Shown: positions 19,336 through 28,146 of the stretch, in pieces | How positions within the stretch are numbered: the stretch's first letter is position 1 | How the letters are laid out: each line of letters opens with the position of its first letter | From: an uncultured Actinomycetota bacterium | GTDB lineage: Bacteria > Actinomycetota > Actinomycetes > Mycobacteriales > CADCTP01 | NCBI GenBank assembly: GCA_963785005.1 | Contig: CAWATS010000007.1 | Coordinates: 1,059,791 to 1,123,790 of the forward strand | Reading direction: 5' to 3' | DNA: 64,000 nt | Position numbers and translations under genes: made by a program | The notes under the pieces: model-generated | The model's database searches: none | The model's input: only the letters and a program-made list of their open reading frames with translations | Told to the model about the DNA's origin: nothing

Positions 19336-21243
19336 GTGACGGGCGAGCAGGACCTGTCGGCCGGCGGCGCCGACTCGGCCGCCCGGCAGGCGGCCGCCCT
19401 CGACGCGGTCGAGGAGATGGCCTGCGCCCCGGCCCAGCCGTCGCTGCTGCTGGAGCTGTGCGTGGAGCGGGCCCGCGGGCTGGTCCGCGCCGGCGGCGCC
19501 GCGGTGCAGCTGCTGGAGGGCGGGGACGGCCTGGACGACCCGGGCGAGCTGCTGTTCGCCGCGACCTCCGGGATGCTGCGCGACCAGCTCGGCACGCTGC
19601 AGTCGGTGCACGGCACGCTGTGTGGCACCGCGGTCCGCCGCGGCGAGGTGGTGCGCACCGCCGACGCCCAGCTCGACCCGCGCGGCGACCGGTCGATGGC
19701 CCGCTCGCTCGGCATCCACGGGGCGGTCTCGCTGCCGCTGCGCCAGCACCAGCGCAGCATCGGGGTGCTGCTGGTGGTCTCCGAGCGGGCCGACGCGTTC
19801 GCCGACGAGGACGTGCTGCTGCTGCGCCGGCTCGCCCGGGTGGCGAGCGGCCGGCTGGACTACGCGCTGGCCCGGGACGCCCGCCGCCGCACCGAGGAGG
19901 CGCTGTCGGCCAGCCGGCAGAAGTACCGGACCGTGCTCGCCTCGGTGGAGCAGGGCATCCTGGTGCTCGACGAGTACGACCGGGTGACGATGGTCAACCC
20001 GGCGGCCGAGCGGATCCTCGGCGAGCCGGCGTACGAGCTGATGCGCAAGCCGCCGTCCTGGGTGCTGCAGCGCGAGGACGGCGCCCCGCTGCCTCGGGAG
20101 GAGCGGCCCAGCGCGATCGCCCTGCGCGAGCAGCGGGCGGCCGCCGCCGACACGCTGCGGCTGGTCCGCTCGGACGGCCGGGTGCGCTATGTGAGCTCGA
20201 CCGTGTCCCCGCTGCCCCCCGCGGAGGACGGCCGGCGCAGCGTGGTGGTCTGCTTCAGCGACGTGACCGCCCAGCGCGGCGCGGCCGAGCGGATGACCCG
20301 CAGCGAGCGGCTGCTGGCCGAGACCCAGCGGCTGGCCCACGTCGGCAGCTGGGACTGGGAGGCGCCCGGTCCGGCGGAGCGGCTCACCTGGACCGACGAG
20401 ATGTACCGGCTGGCCGGGCTGGTGCCGCAGTCGGTGATGGTGACCGGCAAGCTCTGGCGGGAGGTCACCCACCCCGGCGACCGGGAGCGGATGGACGCGA
20501 CGCTGCGGGAGGCGTTCGACCGGGGCGGCCCGTTCGAGCTGAGCCAGCGGATGGTGCTGCCCACCGGAGAGGTGCGGCACCTGTCCATCCGGGGCGAGGT
20601 GCAGCCCGCCGCCGACGGCCGGCCGGCCCGGGCCTGGGGCAGCGCGCAGGACGTGACCGAGCGGCACCGGGTGCAGGAGGAGCTGCGCCGGACCGCGCTG
20701 ACCGACCCGCTGACCGGGCTCGGCAACCGGCTGCTGCTGGTGGACCGGCTCAGCCGGGCCGTCGGCGCCCTCGCCGCCGGCGCCGACGGCAGGACCGGTG
20801 CCGCCGGCTGCGTCGCGGTGATCGCGGTCGACCTGGACGGCCTCAAGCGGGTGAACGACACGCACGGGCACGCGACCGGCGACGAGCTGCTGCGGGAGAC
20901 GGCCCGCCGGCTGCGGTCGGTGGTGCGCGAGCGGGACCTGGTCGCCCGGCTCGGCGGGGACGAGTTCGTGCTGCTCTGCCAGGGCGTCGACCCGGTCGGC
21001 GCCACCAGGCTGGCGGAGCGGATCGTGGCCGAGATCAGCTCGCCGTACTCGCTGCCCGGCGGGGTGACCGCCTGGTCCGGGGCGAGCGTCGGGGTCACCG
21101 TGACCGCCGACCCGGCCGACGACGTGGACCGGTTGCTCGCCCAGGCCGACCGGGCGCTGTACGCCGCCAAGGGCGGCGGCGGCAACCGGTACGCGGTGCA
21201 CCCCGGCCTGCACGGCCTCACCGCCGTGGTCAGCGGGCCCTGA
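19336..21243 (+). CDS. GAF-PAS-PAS-GGDEF diguanylate cyclase
   Basis: 'DPLTGLGNR', 'RLGGDEFVLL' and 'ADRALYAAKGGG'. Two PAS-like segments ('ILVLDEYDRVTMVNPAAERILG' and 'GSWDWE...LTWTDEMYRL'). N-terminal GAF-like region. Confidence 0.9.
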   Translation: MTGEQDLSAGGADSAARQAAALDAVEEMACAPAQPSLLLELCVERARGLVRAGGAAVQLLEGGDGLDDPGELLFAATSGMLRDQLGTLQSVHGTLCGTAVRRGEVVRTADAQLDPRGDRSMARSLGIHGAVSLPLRQHQRSIGVLLVVSERADAFADEDVLLLRRLARVASGRLDYALARDARRRTEEALSASRQKYRTVLASVEQGILVLDEYDRVTMVNPAAERILGEPAYELMRKPPSWVLQREDGAPLPREERPSAIALREQRAAAADTLRLVRSDGRVRYVSSTVSPLPPAEDGRRSVVVCFSDVTAQRGAAERMTRSERLLAETQRLAHVGSWDWEAPGPAERLTWTDEMYRLAGLVPQSVMVTGKLWREVTHPGDRERMDATLREAFDRGGPFELSQRMVLPTGEVRHLSIRGEVQPAADGRPARAWGSAQDVTERHRVQEELRRTALTDPLTGLGNRLLLVDRLSRAVGALAAGADGRTGAAGCVAVIAVDLDGLKRVNDTHGHATGDELLRETARRLRSVVRERDLVARLGGDEFVLLCQGVDPVGATRLAERIVAEISSPYSLPGGVTAWSGASVGVTVTADPADDVDRLLAQADRALYAAKGGGGNRYAVHPGLHGLTAVVSGP

Positions 21244-21650
21244 CCTGCAGGCCCCCGGCTACAAGGTAGATGCGGTCGGAGCGCAAGCGGCCAACCTTCT
21301 CGCTGCGATCCTTGCCGCACTTCTGGCACCGCTCGAAGCGGTCCGCCGTCCTCGGTGCTCAGCCACCGCCACCGGTGGTGCAGGTGCAGCCGGCAGGTCA
21401 ACGGCTGCCTGGTAGTGGTGATGATCATGGCTTTCTCCCCGTTGGCTCCGGGCACCGCCGCGGTGAGGGCGGTGCGCAGTGCCCAGGCGCTGCTCAGCAC
21501 CCGGGCGGAGTGCTTGCGCTGCTGCGCGGGCGGCATGCCGTAGAGCTCGGCGACGAACTCCAGCCCGTACCGGTCCCGGTGCTCGGGCGGCAGGACCCGG
21601 ACCGCGAGCTCGATGGCCCGGCAGCACCAGATGTCCGGCGGCGGGGTCAT
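21230..21650 (-). pseudogene. PadR-coupled small protein with a C-terminal Cys-rich (zinc-ribbon-like) tail; frame broken near 21338-21358
   Basis: ATG 21650 overlaps the padR stop (ATGA). 'CRLHLHHRWRWLSTEDGG' continues sensibly only in the next frame as 'RFERCQKCGKDRSEKVGRLRSDRIYL...*', with its stop at 21230-21232. The original frame has no stop until 20187 and drops in GC3. Confidence 0.6.
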
Positions 21651-21976
21651 GTCGGCTCCGTCGCGGGCCGCAGCCGGGTGACCCGGGCCGGCTGGTAGGC
21701 CCGGGCCAGCGCCGCCCGCACCGACTCGACGCCGCTGGCGGTGAGCCGGTAGTACCGGCGGGCGGGCCGGCCCTCCACGCGGGTGTCGATGTCCTCCCAG
21801 CGGGACTCCACCCAGCGCAGGCTTTCCAGCCGGGCCAGGATCGGGTGCACGGTCCCGCTGGGCAGGCCGGCCGCGGACCCGATCTCGACCCCGTACAGCT
21901 CGCGCGCCGGGTCCTCGAGCAGCGCCCGCAGCACCAGCTGGGTCGGGATCGTCATTCGCGGTCCCCCGTTGGCCAT
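21647..21976 (-). CDS. PadR family transcriptional regulator
   Basis: 'PTQLVLRALLEDPARELYGVEI...GTVHPILARLESLRWVESRWE...RRYYRLT' winged-helix PadR pattern. Confidence 0.9.
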   Translation of the reverse strand: MANGGPRMTIPTQLVLRALLEDPARELYGVEIGSAAGLPSGTVHPILARLESLRWVESRWEDIDTRVEGRPARRYYRLTASGVESVRAALARAYQPARVTRLRPATEPT

Positions 21977-21984
21977 GCTCGTAC

Positions 21985-22005
21985 TCTACATAGACCCTAG
22001 GTAGA
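21985..22005. promoter_or_regulatory. Imperfect 21-nt palindrome TCTACATAGACCCTAGGTAGA, 9 nt upstream of the padR start
   Basis: 8 of 10 arm positions are complementary. Lies in a locally AT-richer spacer. Candidate PadR operator. Confidence 0.35.
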
Positions 22006-22030
22006 TTACAACCGGCCGAACGGCCGAACG

Positions 22031-23185
22031 TCAGCGCAACAGCTGTCGGGCCATGACGAGCCGGTTGATCTGGTTGGTGCCCTCGTAGATCTGGGTGACC
22101 TTGGCGTCGCGCATCATCCGCTCGACCGGGAAGTCCTTGGTGTAGCCGTACCCGCCGAACAGCTGCACCGCGTCGGTGGTGACCGCCATCGCGGTGTCCG
22201 AGGCCAGCACCTTGGCGGCGGCGGAGGCGAAGGTGAGGTCCGGCTCGCCGCGCTCGGCCTTGGCCGCGGCGACGTAGACCAGCTGGCGGGCGGCCTCGGT
22301 CCGCATCGCCATGTCGGCGAGCATGAACTGGACGCCCTGGAAGTCGCTGACCGGCCGGCCGAACTGGTGCCGCTCCCGGACGTACGCCACCGCCGCGTCG
22401 ATCGCGCCCTGGGCGATGCCGACCGCCTGCGCGCCGATGGTGAGCCGGGTGTGGTCCAGGGTCCGCAGCGCGGTCTTCAGGCCGGTGCCCGGCTCGCCGA
22501 TGATCCTCATCATCGGGATGGTGCAGTCGGAGAAGTAGACCTCGCAGGTCGGCGAGCCCTTGATGCCGAGCTTGCGCTCCTTCGCGCCGACGGAGAACCC
22601 CGGGTCGTCGGAGCGCACCACGAAGGCGGAGATCCCGCTCGCGCCGGCGGCCGGGTCGGTCGTGGCCATCACCGTGTAGTACGTCGACACGCCCGCGTTG
22701 CTGATCCAGGACTTCGACCCGTTCAGCACCCAGGACTCGCCGTCGCGGACCGCCCGGGTCTTCATCGCCGCGGCGTCCGAGCCCGCCTCCCGCTCGCTCA
22801 GCGCGTACGAGAACATCGCGTCGCCGGCGGCGACCGGCGGCAGCACCTGCCGCTTCAGCTCGTCCGAGCCGGCCAGCAGCACCGGCGTGGTGCCCAGCTT
22901 GTTGACCGCCGGGATCAGCGAGGACGACGCGCAGGCCCGGGCGACCTCCTCGATCACCAGCGCGCCGGCGAGCGAGTCGGCGCCGGCGCCGCCGTACTCG
23001 GCGGGCAGGTGCACGGCGTGCAGGTCGGCCTTGCGCAGCGCGTCGTAGACGTCCCACGGGAACTCGCCGGTCGCGTCGATCTCGGCCGCCCGGGGGGCGA
23101 TCTTGTCCTCGGCCAGCCGGCGGACCGTCTCCCGGAGCATCGTGTGCTCCTCGGCGAGCCGGTAGGTGGCGAACGACGGGTCCAC
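22031..23185 (-). CDS. Acyl-CoA dehydrogenase
   Basis: Full-length ACAD pattern: 'YALSEREAGSDAAAM', 'WISNAG' and 'QLFGGYGYTKDFPVERMMRDAKVTQIYEGTNQI'. Confidence 0.92.
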   Translation of the reverse strand: MDPSFATYRLAEEHTMLRETVRRLAEDKIAPRAAEIDATGEFPWDVYDALRKADLHAVHLPAEYGGAGADSLAGALVIEEVARACASSSLIPAVNKLGTTPVLLAGSDELKRQVLPPVAAGDAMFSYALSEREAGSDAAAMKTRAVRDGESWVLNGSKSWISNAGVSTYYTVMATTDPAAGASGISAFVVRSDDPGFSVGAKERKLGIKGSPTCEVYFSDCTIPMMRIIGEPGTGLKTALRTLDHTRLTIGAQAVGIAQGAIDAAVAYVRERHQFGRPVSDFQGVQFMLADMAMRTEAARQLVYVAAAKAERGEPDLTFASAAAKVLASDTAMAVTTDAVQLFGGYGYTKDFPVERMMRDAKVTQIYEGTNQINRLVMARQLLR

Positions 23186-23260
23186 GGCGACTCCCTCCCG
23201 CCGGCCAGCCTACCCACCGCCCTACCGGCCGGTAGGACGGCCGTCCCGTACCCTGTCGCG

Positions 23261-24598
23261 GTGATTACCGGTCCCCGACCGCGGCTGTCCGTGCTGGGCA
23301 CGGGCTACCTCGGCGCCACCCATGCCGTGTGCATGGCCGAGCTCGGCTTCGAGGTCATCGGTCTCGACGTCGACGAGACCAAGGTGGCGAAGCTCGCCGC
23401 CGGCGAGGTGCCGTTCTTCGAGCCCGGCCTGCCCGAGCTGCTGCGCAAGGCGCTGGACAGCGGGCGGCTGCGCTTCACCACCTCGTACGAGGAGGTCGCC
23501 GCGTCCGCGGACGTCCACTTCGTCTGCGTGGGGACGCCGCAGCGCACCGACGGCTACGCGGCGGACCTGAGCTACGTGGAGGCCGCCTTCTCGACGCTGG
23601 CGCCGTTGCTGTCCGGTCCCGCGCTGGTGGTCGGCAAGTCGACCGTCCCGGCCGGCACCGCCGCCCGGATGGCGGAGCTGGTGGCGTCGCTCGCGCCCGG
23701 CGGCGGGCGGGGCGACGTCGAGATCGCCTGGAACCCGGAGTTCCTGCGCGAGGGCTTCGCGGTGGAGGACACCCTGCGCCCGGACCGGCTGGTCTTCGGG
23801 GTGCGCTCGGCGCGGGCGGAGCAGACGCTGCGGGCGGCGTTCGAGCCGGTCATCGCCGCCGGCTGCCCGGTGGTGGTGACCGACTTCGCCACCGCGGAGC
23901 TGGTCAAGGCCGCCGCCAACTCGTTCCTGGCCACCAAGATCTCGTTCATCAACGCGATGGCCGAGCTGTGCGAGGTGGTGCACGCGGACGTGACCAAGCT
24001 GTCCGAGGCGCTCGGCTACGACGACCGGATCGGCCGCCGCTTCCTGCACGCCGGGCTCGGCTTCGGCGGCGGGTGCCTGCCCAAGGACATCCGCGCCTTC
24101 ATGGCCCGGGCCGAGGAGCTGGGCGCGGACGACGCGCTGGCCTTCCTCAAGGACGTCGACGACATCAACAAGAGGCGCCGGGCGCGCGCGGTCGACCTCG
24201 GCCGGGAGCTGCTGGCCGGGTCGTATGCGGGGGCGAAGGTGTGCGTGTGGGGCGCGGCCTTCAAGCCCAACTCGGACGACATCCGCGACTCGCCCGCGCT
24301 GGACGTGGCGGTGGCGGTCGGCCGGGAGGGCTCCTCGGTGGTGGTCTACGACCCCGCGGCGATGGAGAACGCGCGGCGGGCGCACCCGGAGCTGACGTAC
24401 GCGTCGTCGGCGCTCGACGCGGCCCGGGACGCGGACCTGGTGCTGCTGCTGACCGAGTGGGCGGAGTTCCGCCAGATGGACCCGGCGGCGCTCGGCGCCG
24501 TGGTCGGCGCCCGGCGGATCGTGGACGGCCGCAACGCGCTCGACCCGGCATCGTGGCGGTCGGCGGGCTGGACCTACCGCGCGCTCGGCCGCCCCTGA
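23261..24598 (+). CDS. ugd: UDP-glucose 6-dehydrogenase
   Basis: 'LGTGYLGATHA', 'NPEFLREG' and 'GFGGGCLPKD' (catalytic Cys). Confidence 0.9.
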   Translation: MITGPRPRLSVLGTGYLGATHAVCMAELGFEVIGLDVDETKVAKLAAGEVPFFEPGLPELLRKALDSGRLRFTTSYEEVAASADVHFVCVGTPQRTDGYAADLSYVEAAFSTLAPLLSGPALVVGKSTVPAGTAARMAELVASLAPGGGRGDVEIAWNPEFLREGFAVEDTLRPDRLVFGVRSARAEQTLRAAFEPVIAAGCPVVVTDFATAELVKAAANSFLATKISFINAMAELCEVVHADVTKLSEALGYDDRIGRRFLHAGLGFGGGCLPKDIRAFMARAEELGADDALAFLKDVDDINKRRRARAVDLGRELLAGSYAGAKVCVWGAAFKPNSDDIRDSPALDVAVAVGREGSSVVVYDPAAMENARRAHPELTYASSALDAARDADLVLLLTEWAEFRQMDPAALGAVVGARRIVDGRNALDPASWRSAGWTYRALGRP

Positions 24599-24617
24599 GA
24601 TCGCGGCGGCGGACGGC

Positions 24618-25373
24618 TCACCGGGGGAAGAGCGGGCCGCGGTGGACCTTGTAGTGCGCGGCCTGGGCCAGCGGGCGGACGACCAGCTGGTCGACGTTGA
24701 CGTGCAGCGGCAGCCCCACCGCCAGCGCCACGCACTCGGCGACGTCGTCGGCGGTCAGCGGCCGGTCCACGTCCGCGTACACGGCGGCCGCCCGGTCGGC
24801 GTCGCCACCGAAGCGGTTCAGCGCGAACTCGTCCGTGCGCACCATGCCGGGCGCGATCTCGACGACCCGGACCGGCTGGCCGGCGAGCTCGAGCCGGAGC
24901 GTCTCGGTGAGCGCGTGCTCGGCGTGCTTGGAAGCGCTGTAGCCGGCGCCGCCCTCGTAGTTGACGAACGCCGCGGTGGAGGTGACGTTGACGATCGTGC
25001 CGCCGTCGCCCGCGCGCAGCAGCGGCAGCAGCGCCTGCGTCACCTGCAGCGTGCCCAGCACGTTGACCTCGAACATCTGCCGCCAGCCGGCCGCGTCCCC
25101 GGTCTCGACCGGGTCGGCGCCGACCGCCCCGCCGGCGTTGTTGACCAGGACGTCGAGGTCGCTCAGCGAGTCGGCCAGCGCGCGGACGGACGCCGGGTCG
25201 GTGATGTCGAGCCGGACCGGCCGCACCCCGGTCTCCCCGGCGAGCCGGGCCAGCCGGTCCTCCCGGCGGGCCGCGGCGACGACCTGGTAGCCGTCCTTGG
25301 TCAGCCGGCGCGCGACCGCCGCCCCGATCCCGCTGCTGGCTCCGGTCACCACGGCCGTCCGCACCATGGCCAC
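24618..25373 (-). CDS. SDR family oxidoreductase
   Basis: 'VTGASSGIGAA', 'NNAG' and 'YSASKHA'. Confidence 0.88.
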   Translation of the reverse strand: MAMVRTAVVTGASSGIGAAVARRLTKDGYQVVAAARREDRLARLAGETGVRPVRLDITDPASVRALADSLSDLDVLVNNAGGAVGADPVETGDAAGWRQMFEVNVLGTLQVTQALLPLLRAGDGGTIVNVTSTAAFVNYEGGAGYSASKHAEHALTETLRLELAGQPVRVVEIAPGMVRTDEFALNRFGGDADRAAAVYADVDRPLTADDVAECVALAVGLPLHVNVDQLVVRPLAQAAHYKVHRGPLFPR

Positions 25374-25394
25374 AGCTTAGGAGAGGATGGACGG

Positions 25395-25811
25395 GTGGCG
25401 AGGACACGCGGTGACGCGGAGACCATCGAGCGGGTGCTGCGGTACGACACCTGGGCGGTCGTCGGGCTGACCGGCAACGAGCGGCGGCCGGCGTACGGGG
25501 TGGCCCGGCTGCTGAAGACGTACGGCAAGCGGATCGTGCCGGTGAACCCGAAGGGCGAGCCGGTGCACGGCGAGCCGGGCTACCCCTCGCTCGCGGAGAT
25601 CCCCTTCCCGGTCGACGTGGTGGACGTCTTCCGCCGCTCCGAGCTCGCCGGCGCGCACGTCGACGAGGCGGTGCGGGCCGGCGCCAAGGCGGTCTGGCTG
25701 CAGCTCGACGTGATCGACGAGGCCGCCGCGGACCGGGCGGAGGCGGCCGGGCTGGACGTCGTCATGGACCGCTGCCCGGCGATCGAGTGGGCCGAGCACG
25801 GCCCCCGCTGA
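25395..25811 (+). CDS. CoA-binding domain protein (YccU/YneT-like)
   Basis: 'WAVVGLTGNERRPAYGVARLL...GKRIVPVNP...VVDVFR'. AGGAGAGGA RBS lies before GTG 25395. Confidence 0.85.
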   Translation: MARTRGDAETIERVLRYDTWAVVGLTGNERRPAYGVARLLKTYGKRIVPVNPKGEPVHGEPGYPSLAEIPFPVDVVDVFRRSELAGAHVDEAVRAGAKAVWLQLDVIDEAAADRAEAAGLDVVMDRCPAIEWAEHGPR

Positions 25812-25815
25812 CCGC

Positions 25816-26055
25816 TCAGCTGGCGGGGTACAGCTCGGCGACGGCGCGCCGGGCCCGCCGCATCCGCTCGGCCGTGCACTCCGGGTGCTCGCCGAACTCG
25901 TACGCGAACGCGGCGACGCAGTTGCGCACGCCGCCGAACGCCGCGACCGTCGCCCGGATCGCCGCGTCCGCGGCGGCCCGGTCCAGCTCGGCCAGCGAGA
26001 CACCGGACACCGCCAGCGCCTCCGCGCGGGCCAGGAATATCTGTTCCCGAGACAT
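25816..26055 (-). CDS. Small hypothetical protein (79 aa)
   Basis: Near-uniform G/C third positions in this frame. No recognisable motif. Confidence 0.5.
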   Translation of the reverse strand: MSREQIFLARAEALAVSGVSLAELDRAAADAAIRATVAAFGGVRNCVAAFAYEFGEHPECTAERMRRARRAVAELYPAS

Positions 26056-26191
26056 TGCCACCACTTCCCCCGCATCCCTGTCACCCCAGAGACGCCCTAC
26101 CTGAGCGAGTCGTTGCCGCCGCCGCTGATACCCCTTGGCCGGCGGCGCCGGATGGGTATGGTGTCGGTCGAGTCACGGCAAGGGGGTCCCG

Positions 26192-27541
26192 GTGACCACG
26201 ACGCCCGCGCCGCCGGGGCGGCGCCGCACCCCGGCCCGGTTGCTTGCCCTCGCCGCGGCCGCGGCGGCCGCGGTCCTGCTGGTCGGCGCGCTGATCCCGG
26301 ACCGGGAGCCGGCCACGGCCGGCCCGGTGGCGGGCCCGGCGCCGGCCGGCACCGCCGGCACCGCCGGCACCGCGATCGCCGAACGGGCCGGCGCCGCGCC
26401 CGCGTCCCCGGCGGAGCTCGGGCTCCAGCTGCAGTCGCTGCTGGGCCAGCACATGGTGCTCGCGGCCGACATGATGCGGGGCCGGCTGCGCGACGACCCC
26501 GACCTCGCCCAGGCGGCCAACGCGGCGCTCGGCCGGAACACCGCCGCGATGGGCGAGGTCGTCGAGACCGCGTTCGGCGAGCAGGCGCGCGGGCAGTTCA
26601 CCCCGGTGTGGTCCGGGCACGTCACCGCGCTGTTCAACTACGCGCGCGGGCTGGCGGAGCGGGACCCGGCGGTCCGCGCGCAGGCGCGGGCGGCGACGGC
26701 GACCTTCGAACGCGACATCGCCGGCTTCTTCTCCGCCGCCTCGCAGGGACGGCTCCCGCGCGCCGGCGCCGAGGCCGCCGTGAGCGCGCACATCGACCAC
26801 CTGCTCCGGCAGGCGGACGCGTACGCGGCCGGCGACTGGGCGCGCTCGGACCGGCTCTACCGGGAGGGCTACAGCCACGCCGTCGGGCTGGGTCGGACGC
26901 TCGCCGCCACCCTGCTGCCGCCGGCGGCGGCCCGCACGCTGCAGCAGCCCACCTGGCGACTGCGCTCGGAGCTGGGCCGGCTGCTCGGCGAGCACGTCGT
27001 GCTCGTCGTCGCCGCGATGCGCGCCGGCGTCACCGACAGCCCCGACTTCAGCACCGCGGCACGCTCCGTCGACGGCAACACCCGCGACCTGGCCGGCGCC
27101 GTCGACGTCCTGTTCGGACCGGCCGCGGCCCGGCAGTTCCAGGGCCTGTGGGCCGACCACGTCGACCTGATGGTCGCGTACTCGGCCGCCGGTGCCACCG
27201 GCGACCGGGCGCGACGGGCGACGGTCGGCCGCCGGCTCGGCGGCTTCGAGCTGGGGCTGTCCCGGTTCCTCGCCGCCGCCACCGGCAACAAGGTGACCGC
27301 CGCCGCGCTGGCGAGGGCGCTGCGGAGCCACGACGGCATGCTGCAGCGGCAGGTCGACGCGTTCGTCGGGATGCGGTACGTCGACGCGCAGGAGCTCGCG
27401 TACTCGACCTACCAGGAGATGTACGGGCTGGCGAGGCAGCTGTCCGACGCCTTCGGCGCCACCGTGGCCGCCCGGTTGCCGCGGGGTGCCGCCCAGACCG
27501 GGCGGGGCGGGACGGCCGGCGCCGTCGGCGGGCGCCGATGA
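26192..27541 (+). CDS. Membrane-anchored/secreted hypothetical protein with two ~150-aa helical repeats
   Basis: N-terminal TM 'LLALAAAAAAAVLLVGALI'. Internal repeat 'LGQHMVLAADMMRGRL..D.D...' versus 'LGEHVVLVVAAMRAGV..SPD...'. Stop overlaps the sortase ATG (ATGA). Confidence 0.62.
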   Translation: MTTTPAPPGRRRTPARLLALAAAAAAAVLLVGALIPDREPATAGPVAGPAPAGTAGTAGTAIAERAGAAPASPAELGLQLQSLLGQHMVLAADMMRGRLRDDPDLAQAANAALGRNTAAMGEVVETAFGEQARGQFTPVWSGHVTALFNYARGLAERDPAVRAQARAATATFERDIAGFFSAASQGRLPRAGAEAAVSAHIDHLLRQADAYAAGDWARSDRLYREGYSHAVGLGRTLAATLLPPAAARTLQQPTWRLRSELGRLLGEHVVLVVAAMRAGVTDSPDFSTAARSVDGNTRDLAGAVDVLFGPAAARQFQGLWADHVDLMVAYSAAGATGDRARRATVGRRLGGFELGLSRFLAAATGNKVTAAALARALRSHDGMLQRQVDAFVGMRYVDAQELAYSTYQEMYGLARQLSDAFGATVAARLPRGAAQTGRGGTAGAVGGRR

Positions 27542-28146
27542 CGCCGGCCCGGGTCGTCGCCGCCCTGCTGCTGGTGCTCGCAGCCGTGGCCTGCGGGCGG
27601 CCCACCGCGCCCGCTGCCGGTGGACCGTCCACACCGGACGGCGGCGCGGCGGCGCGGCCGCCGGCCGCCGCCGACACGTTCCGGTCCAGCCGGACGTACG
27701 ACGCCGTCCCCGCGCCGGTGCGGCTGCGGATCCCCGCCGTCGGCGTGGACACCCGGCTGGAGAGCCTCGGGCGGGCGGCCGACCGGACCATCGCGCTGCC
27801 GAGCGCGCCCGGGCTGGCCGGCTGGTACGCGCAGGGGCCGCGGCCGGGGCAGCCCGGGCCGGCCGTGATCATCGGCCACGTCGACTGGGACCACGGCCCC
27901 GCCGTCTTCCACCGGCTGTCCGAGCTGCGCCAGGGTGCCGCCGTCCACGTCGACCGGGCCGACGGCAGCACGGTCCGGTTCCGGGTCACCGGCCGCAAGC
28001 AGGTCGCCAAGAGCCGCTTCCCCACCGACGAGGTGTACGCGCCGGACCTGGCGCCGTCGCTGCGCCTGATCACCTGCGGCGGCGGCTACGACCGCGCCAG
28101 CCGCAACTACCGGGACAATGTCATCGTGTTCGCGGCGCCGGGCTGA
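27538..28146 (+). CDS. Class F sortase
   Basis: 'VIIGHVD' (His), 'LRLITCGGGY' (catalytic Cys) and 'YRDNVIV' (Arg). N-terminal signal/anchor. Confidence 0.85.
   Translation: MTPARVVAALLLVLAAVACGRPTAPAAGGPSTPDGGAAARPPAAADTFRSSRTYDAVPAPVRLRIPAVGVDTRLESLGRAADRTIALPSAPGLAGWYAQGPRPGQPGPAVIIGHVDWDHGPAVFHRLSELRQGAAVHVDRADGSTVRFRVTGRKQVAKSRFPTDEVYAPDLAPSLRLITCGGGYDRASRNYRDNVIVFAAPG

Noticed and set aside
27470-27541. C-terminal 'LPRGAAQTGRGGTAGAVGGRR' of the protein upstream of the sortase as a possible LAXTG-type sorting signal
   Set aside because: There is no true LPXTG/LAXTG match, and the following segment is too short and too Gly-rich to be the hydrophobic helix of a cell-wall sorting signal.
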